DNA of 37,052 nucleotides from Paraglomus brasilianum (Eukaryota): NCBI GenBank assembly GCA_910592345.1, contig CAJVPI010000277.1, positions 1 to 37,052 of the forward strand, read 5' to 3'. Shown piece by piece: positions 27,943 to 37,052 of this stretch (position 1 is its first letter; each line of letters starts with the position of its first letter). The notes under the pieces were generated by a model. It saw only the letters and a program-made list of their open reading frames with translations, ran no database searches and was not told where the DNA came from. The position numbers and the translations under genes were made by a program.

Positions 27943-27985
27943 TCACGTGACGTCAGCCCTGTATTTGCATATTTGCATATTGCAT
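27943..27985. promoter_or_regulatory. Motif cluster upstream of the J-domain gene: overlapping TCACGTGA/TGACGTCA plus tandem ATTTGCAT
   Basis: tcacgtgacgtca at 27943-27955 and atttgcat-atttgcat-attgcat at 27963-27985, about 400 bp upstream of the ATG at 27560. Confidence 0.35.
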
Positions 27986-29204
27986 ACCATCTCGTTAGGC
28001 AACAAGATCTTAGCAAATCCTATCTAATTCTAGAAACAAGGTACGGTTTATAACAAGGCCATTTCGGATCATGGATAAACATAGAAAGCTCCCTTTAACC
28101 GGTATGTAATTATGTATTATACTAGTTTTCTTTTCTTATAAACAGCACTTGACGTTTTAGATTCGAGTCTCACAAAATCCTCAGCCCTCCCCCCCAACTG
28201 ATAATAGTCGGGTGTTTCGAGGAGCGGCTACAAAATTAAAATCTCTCACCCCAATGAGCTAACCAACAAAATGCTGCCTTATTAAAATCGTACAACCTGA
28301 GGAATAATACAGTGGGTAGAGTTAACTATGAGCGTTGCATTTTTATTTATTATTGCCTTTAACAGTTCCCTCGAAAGTAATGGCGGAGTAATATTATTCA
28401 AAATCTGTATATTCTAAAAATGTAGCGTATTATTCAATAATGCAGGTCGTTAGCGGAAACTTTTCCTTTGGAACGAGTCCATTTTAAACATTAAAAATAT
28501 TTGAACATTTTACCCCCTTAATAACAACTGATTAAATATAACCGCAATTAGATAACTTGCTATAAAAGGCATGGCAGTTGTCTGATTAAAAATCAACTTT
28601 TTTTTTAAAAAAAAAGCTTTTAGGCTCTTTGCGGCACCAGTCACTCAAACAGCTGCGCTTAAAATTAGAGTAAAAGCGTATTATATTAGAAAAAAGTACC
28701 CCGCCATTGACTGTAATTACGTTACGCGTATAACAGATTATGGTATGTAAATAGACTGTAGTTTAAACCTTTGCTTTCGGCAATGCTTGGATTTAAAATT
28801 TCATCAGAAATGTGGTAAATAACAGGGGCTGCATCTATTTAAATCTGAAAACGCGTCTGTTTGATAGACGCTCAAGTCGCAAGGATTGAATTTTATACAT
28901 TTTGATGCTATTTGCATTTGTACTCAAGACAAATTCATATTATAATGCAATTTGTAATCTAAAAATTGGTCTCATTGCAGACACGTAATACTCACACGCT
29001 TTGCATATAACAAATTAAAATGTACGGATCAAATATCATGTCCTACGTTAATAATACCGACTCTTAAGATGACGGCTAGTTGTCTGAAAGTCGAAGTATG
29101 CGCGAACTATTACTTTGATACCAGCGAAAGACTTAGGCATCACTTAAAGATGATGTAACAACACAACGTTCTACATGATTTGGTTTGTTTCGTATGATCT
29201 TATG

Positions 29205-29459
29205 GACGTGTTGAACGTCGATTAACTTTAATCTTTATGTGCTTTTCCTACCTACTTTTAAACAATCAGCGTGTTGAACGCTTTTATAGAAAAGTCTAAA
29301 TACAAACGACGTGTTGAACGTCAAATTTTAGTACAACGCAACCTGTTGAATGTTGCAATTAAGTTTTCGAATTAAATAAATCTGAGGATCAGTTGAATTA
29401 TCCCCAATTATAATTACAAGAAAAAATTGAATATCGCTGTCTTGTTGAAATACATCGAT
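29205..29459 (-). promoter_or_regulatory. Array of 5-6 hairpins with a shared UUCAACA loop in the presumptive SAH1 3'UTR
   Basis: + strand copies: GACGT-GTTGA-ACGTC (29205-29219), AGCGT-GTTGA-ACGCT (29268-29282), GACGT-GTTGA-ACGTC (29308-29322), GCAACCT-GTTGA-ATGTTGC (29338-29356), ATCGCTGTCTT-GTTGA-AATACATCGAT (29433-29459), and a degenerate GGATCA-GTTGA-ATTATCC (29386-29403). Function is inferred. Confidence 0.6.
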
Positions 29460-29500
29460 TATGAAAGCACTAGGAGTATTCGGAAGCTACGTAAGATACC

Positions 29501-31118
<1,618 letters not shown>

Positions 31119-31844
31119 CTATTCTAATTTGTCGCGCTGCCAATCAGGGGCTGTCGTACCTCGATCGCGGGTGGGGGGAACTCGCTTTGGCATAATATTA
31201 GTAATATTAATGTTAATGATATTCATTGTAAACCCCCTTAACTTTAACTCTTTTCCGTAATACAACGATACATTTCGATCATTTGAAGTGTTTTCAGGGG
31301 GTTATAATCATTAATATTAATTTTGTCAAGTAAATAAATCATGCAAGCTAATTAATACAATGACACATACCAAGCAATATCACACAAGTTTGTGGATCTA
31401 GACGCGTTACGCTCTGGCACAACAAAATTACGGAAATCTAATTCGAATACACGACATAAAATAACAGTAAACAAAAAAAACCCCCGGTAAATTAAGTATC
31501 AGTTTTTTTTGGTAAGCACAAGTAATAGTAAAGTACCGAAGTAATTGCATGAGAAGAATCTAAGGCCATTACCTATTTCTTTAGCTACTCTGCTGTTAAT
31601 TCTCGGTTTTCACTATCTTTGCAGTTCAGCTTGCATATTTTTCCTTTGGTTAATCCAACACCGAAGATATTTAAATGTTTTTTGTCCGTAGAGCTGTTCT
31701 TGTAAATATTGTGGAGCAACAACGGCTTTTCCTTGCCAGGTTTTGAATCTCATAAAAATATTGGTTTTATCTCTGCTTTTTATCATAGTTGGTTCAATAT
31801 CCGGCGAGTAAATACTGTTTGTTGACGGTTTTGTTATTGTCAAT

Positions 31845-31929
31845 GTTGTGCCTCAGTTGAGGACCTGTCTCAGTTCTGGACCGAGTGTCTGGATTCGGAA
31901 CTGAAACAGGTCCCAAACTCAGACACAAC
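31845..31929. mobile_element. 85-bp foldback / MITE-like element with 36-bp imperfect inverted arms
   Basis: The left arm gttgtgcctcagttgaggacctgtctcagttctgga matches the reverse complement of the right arm (gttgtgtctgagtttgggacctgtttcagttccgaa) at 29/36 positions. No clear TSD. Confidence 0.5.
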
Positions 31930-32875
31930 TACTGAACTATACCAGATTAAACTCTGGAAATTATATCCATGTGCAGATTACATCTCACCTTGGAGTGTAT
32001 AGTTTTTTGGCACAAGTACGTGATTGTGGAATGAAGGATGCCGTTTGAGGTAAATTAATTCCTGAGAATGTCTCACACTGTGTATAATAAACTTACCATG
32101 TCAATTATTATTTTATCTGAAGATTGAAGTTTACAAGTTTACCGTGAAATATCAGCATTAGGTGATCTCTCTTCGAGGGTTATACAATGAGAGAATCCCC
32201 CTGGCTTTACTAACCAATTTTGCGGCAACCCCTGGAATCATGGATTTCTGATATAACATGTAGATGATTACACGATTTCTCGCAAAACGAACGTTTGATC
32301 AAATAGCTAACATGGCTGGAAATTAAACAAATATAACTGATGACGTTTTGGATCATTAATATTAATTGCATTTTAGACAACGCTGTGGTAGAATGTGAAT
32401 AATACTGGCAATCATTGAAATAAATCTTAAACTTTTACTTGAAATTATAATATGCTTAATAGGATTATTTCTATATAAGAAATATAAATATGAAACTAAT
32501 TTACATTAAATCTACTCACAATTACAGCACAATTAGAAGCATTAAAAAAACCAGGGTGATACCAAAATTCTCGAGGAATATCTAGATAAAGAAAAAATCA
32601 CTTATAAAATTTATCAAAAAGAAAGAACAATTAACCCCAGCACGTCTGTATTGTAATAGCCTCCTTATTGTGCATGCTTTTTCTGATAATAAGAAGGAAT
32701 AGAGATGGCAAATTAGATTAATTATAAACAATGGAGCCAGAACAATTGAATTTGGAATATGTTAATTCTGACGGAGAAGTCTCACTTCAAATATTCAAAT
32801 ATCACATGCATAATACGAACGCAGGTCAGAAATTTATTATTACTGTACTATGACATTACGATTAATGTGACAAAT

Positions 32876-35667
32876 TCAAATAAAAGCTTGACGTTTACCC
32901 TTAGGAGTGAAATAAGTTTTCCTAATAAACTTTGTTTTAAAATGCTTTGCTTTGACTTTAGATTCCACACCGTTGTGAAATATCTTGTTGTAGGCATGAT
33001 TGTATTTTTTTGGATCCGGAAAGAGGTTTGCTTTTCGAACAATATTTTCCTAAGCCAAAAATGATATCATTATAAATGCCCATTTAATACTAACGACAAA
33101 AGTTGATGTCTTACTTTGAAGAAGAATAGTGCTTCAAGTGCATTTCGGAGACACTTAATATTCGACAGTTGTGCAGGAAAGCTGAAATGAGATCCCTCAA
33201 GGCCAAAGTAGAGACCATCGTCTAGAAGGTCAATGCCGATTATCTGACCATGCAGGCCTTTATTATTATGTGACAATCAAATATCAATTATATATCATTT
33301 TCAATATGCAAACATAATTAATAGGAAAAACTGACCAGCAAACTGTATACCCAAGATGGTTGAATCTTTTACTGTCTCGTCCGATAGATCTTCTTCAAGA
33401 AATCTATCAAGTATGGTTTTCGCAGTTCTCAGACATTTTGAGCGGTCACGAATTGCCCTGACAGGTGTGGGCGCCTTGGTGCACTCGCAATGACTTAGTT
33501 CAATATCTTTGTATTTGTGAACTATCCTTATGTCAATCTTTCGCCGTCTTTCAACAGATAAAGTTTCTCCCCTGCATTACAAACACATGCTATGTATTAA
33601 GTCATTGTTCATTACTACTGTAGTATAGACAATATGGAGTAATCTTACCAATGAAGCTTCAAGATATCCAAGACATCATTGAAGACATCATTAAGGATCG
33701 GGGCTGTCATATTTATCGCATACTCCATTTCACTTAGATCCATTTCCTTTCCAGTTTCTTCCACGAAAATGTGTGGATTGTCAAGGAATTTGTCAATCCT
33801 AACAAAAATTTAGTAGTGTCAGTGCTTTGTCAGTCGACATAATAATAATAATAAGGAAAATAAATAATCAAAAAAGTACACATGGTAATAGGTAGTTGCA
33901 ATTTGTTGAACCATCTGGGGTTTCTTCTTAGATCTTATCTTGAACAAATAGTCTCGTGCATCAACATAGTGATATGATCCACACATCTAAGAGTGAAAAA
34001 GTGCTTAAGCAATGGGGATAACACAGTATGTGAAAGAGTCTATGAATGTTTACTTACCTCTTCAACAGTATCAATGATAGTCTTGATTTCTCCATCAAAA
34101 GTATTAGGGATCATATTGACTTTATCATATACGTTTTTCTTTAACCTACTCCATTCATCCCCAAACCATGAAAACATTCCTCCTTGATATTCTGAGGACA
34201 AATCCACAATTGAAGAGAACCCTAAACTATATTTCATGTTAGCAACTCGTTTCATGCTTACTATATTAATCATATGTAAAAGTCTAACCGAACAACACTC
34301 ATTATAAATGGTGTTTGCTCCTTCCTGCTTTTTTTAGAGACTGATTCTGCCAATCTAGTAGTATTTTGTCTGATTATGTCAATGACTTGGCGACCATCCT
34401 CCAAGGTCCAACCAGATCCTTTATGAGCATTTACATATTCATCAAAAGAGGTTGTTTCAGGGTCTTTTATATGCTCATCAATTAATATTAAATCATCTTC
34501 ACTGTCTTCATCATAGTCAATTTCTGCAGATAAATCCTTGCTATCATCTTCATTGTCTGATATGAATGGAGCAAAAGGCTTAGTATTAGTATTAGGTCCA
34601 TTGTCTTGATTATAGAAACCTTATATCAGTTGAAAACACGTATTAATCCATCACTTTGTGTTGTTTATTAATATACCATATGTTTGACCTGATCTACATT
34701 GTCGTTTGCATGAGCAATTACATTCTACTTGAGAAGGTGGAATGACAGCAACCAAATAATCATCCATTGTCAGTTGTAAATCTTTACCATTGTCCTAAAG
34801 ATTGAAATAATTTGGGTTCTGATTCTCAACTTTTGCGTAAAAGTTGCTTTCTTACAAATAAAATGCAAAAAAACTTACATTTTGTGAAGCATAATCTTCA
34901 CGTTTCTTGTTGCTGTCAGATTTGTAGGTTTGGAAAGATAAGCACTCAGTAGAATGCATCCTTTTTGAAGGAGGAGGTTTACTGTAAAGATCTAAGACTT
35001 TTTCTCTTTCAGAATCTAGTGAAGTAGACACTAGTTTCAAGGCAGTCCTATATGCTTTACGTTTTAGTGCAACCTAGATTGGTATATGGTAATAAAAATT
35101 TAATTCCATAATTAGATGACGAAAAATAGGCGAGGTTAATCAGCCCATGTAATAGGATATGAATTAAGGAACTCACGCGTTCTTCTTGGAGCTTGTTATT
35201 TTCGAACATTTCCTTCCAAAAATAGGTGACCTGATCATTATTGTAACAGCTATCGGCTAATAGAAAGAAAAGATCATTTAAGCATCTGCCATCAACCCAC
35301 ACGGCGCTGGGGATGCAGTCCATTTCACGTAACGGAATGATTGGTGTATTTAATTAAACGAAGCCTACCTGGTTTTAATATTTTGGCTGCCGCGCGTTGT
35401 GGAACAACTGGAACTTCTTTATTTGCAATGTCCTTGACAGTACTAATAAACCTTTTCTTCCAAACCCTGTTGGCTTTAATAAGGTCACGGTCGTATAAAG
35501 TATGGCTGATGGGCTTCACCACCTTCTCGAGAAAATCAGAGTATGACCACAAGTTTGGGCTGGTTTCTTCAAAGTAGGCTCCGATGGCATCTGTCAGAAT
35601 GGAGTCAGCGGGAATCGAACGACTAACTCTATTAACTGTGTCACTTACCACTGAATTCGTATGACAT
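32876..35667 (-). CDS. Uncharacterised 12-exon protein (about 647 aa) with an acidic linker and a probable PD-(D/E)xK/REase-fold C-terminal domain
   Basis: Exons 35649-35667, 35369-35590, 35177-35256, 34879-35073, 34677-34794, 34289-34619, 34058-34226, 33880-33986, 33649-33798, 33336-33571, 33115-33257 and 32876-33049 join via GT-AG introns into a stop-free 1944-nt frame. Motifs include YF..W...FL, WTLEDGRQVID, SEMEY, WGETLS..RRKIDIRI..IELSHCECTK and DRSKCLR. Confidence 0.75.
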
Positions 35668-37052
35668 GTGTATATCCCGTAGGCAATGAAAGAATGACAA
35701 GACGCGTAGTTTTGATCCTGATCCGCAAAAGGATGGATCCCATGAGTATTAGCCACACAAGCCTCAACGTATTATTGATTACTAACACGGGCAATGTTAA
35801 TACTGTACACACGAAAAGGCTAAGTAAACCTCATGTGACAGAATCTCAAGTTTATGATGAGGTATGTACAAACTAACCATCTCGTCAAAAAGGCCAGTCT
35901 CTGAGTTCTAGGCGGACGCCAAGTCGATGTTGCGTTCTGTTTTTTCTCAACTATCAATTCGATGGTGCAAACCAGTTCTCGGGATAAATTAGATAAAATT
36001 CTTCAACACTAATAACGGATCACAACGCATATGTGTAACCATCAGCTGACTATCACTATCATAATGTCGACTTTTATGATTGGTAATTAATTATACCTGA
36101 CAACAAAATACAAATATGGTGCGAAGAGGGTATTAATTTGGTTAGCGTCATGCAACAAAAGACGGACCGTTCTTATAATTTAATAAAAAAAATAATAAAA
36201 ATAAAAAAATTTAAATAATCGATTTCGATTTCAATTTCGATTTCAGGTTCAATTCGATATCGACGACAGGCGTTTATATATGTTTCAAAAATCGATAAAT
36301 TTTAGTGAAACACTCCAGAAATAGGCATCACCTTATCAATGCACAACGTGATTCTCGGATGGATAACATGATTACCAGTTATTACGCCACTCGTATTATG
36401 TATTCTCATCGTAATGACCTTCCTCGAAAGACACAATTCTTTTATTTTATTGGATGGATAAATAATCACACGTTACTTGTGTGGGAGTTAAACCGGCAAC
36501 ACAACATCTGACCTAACGTGATGTAACGATTATGGGTGAATCATGATCATCAATTGTTCATCGTAATCACCTTATCAAAGCAATATGATCTTTAAATAAA
36601 TTGCTTAATGCTATTGGGGTAAGTAAAATAGTCATCTAATAAACTTGCTACGCTTGTATTATGTGTTCAATTTTTGCTCCCATTACTATGGAGAACGTTA
36701 CACTCGAATGATCTGCGATCTTACCGATGTCTATTAGTATTAGGTGTACATTATTTACTATTCAAAAAACCTATAAAAATCACCACTTTTCATTCTTCCT
36801 CTCCCATTAAGAAAAAAGAATCATCTCTTATATTATCATTCAAAAATCATAATCATATGCCTTTCCATTCTTATTGTTATTCAACCAATTATTCAACAAT
36901 CACATATACACATAATAATATACTTTTTCATCTTCTCATACAATTATGATTGCAACGTTACGGCTATTTTATACGTACTTTCAGTATCGGAAGAAAATCT
37001 TAATAATGTTGTCTTGCAAAAAGGCACCGCAATTTCTCGTATCGATAGCGAT

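Noticed and set aside
28140..28345. Possible Pol III/tRNA-like gene (ATTCGAGTC, T-run)
   Set aside because: No cloverleaf, A box or recognisable RNase P/MRP/snRNA motifs.
29205..29356. CRISPR-like reading of the GACGTGTTGAACGTC repeats
   Set aside because: The repeats are only 15 bp, the spacing is irregular, the stems vary, there are no cas genes and the context is eukaryotic.
31206..31321. Imperfect AT-rich inverted repeat in the SAH1 upstream region
   Set aside because: Low complexity and gapped; too weak to call a MITE.
35668..35756. ORF-track N-terminus MANTHGIHPF... for the orphan gene
   Set aside because: A consensus 58-nt intron (35591-35648) and the ATG at 35667 give a better model. 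The longer ORF reads through that intron.
36219..36262. TTTCGA/TTTCAA short tandem repeat
   Set aside because: An ordinary degenerate microsatellite-like tract.

Overview
AT-rich eukaryotic DNA with short spliceosomal introns; the gene content and intron style suggest an early-diverging fungus, probably Mucoromycota (inference). I could assemble eight intact spliced genes by hand: asparagine synthetase (+), a short heme-thiolate peroxidase/UPO (-), glycogen branching enzyme (+), Pol III subunit Rpc17 (-), a Tda10/glycerate-kinase-like P-loop kinase (+), a J-domain protein (-), S-adenosylhomocysteine hydrolase SAH1 (-), and a 12-exon orphan gene with a probable PD-(D/E)xK nuclease-like C-terminus (-). 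Intergenic DNA holds decayed gene or TE fragments, local duplications and small inverted repeats. The most striking unexplained signal lies just downstream of the SAH1 stop: five (possibly six) hairpins with an invariant U-UCAAC-A loop and compensatorily varying stems, next to a terminal intron whose retention would remove the conserved C-terminal PEHYRY. The layout recalls the MAT2A 3'UTR hairpin system and is a candidate undescribed methyl-cycle RNA regulatory element. All structures were read by eye; no searches or folding programs were run.
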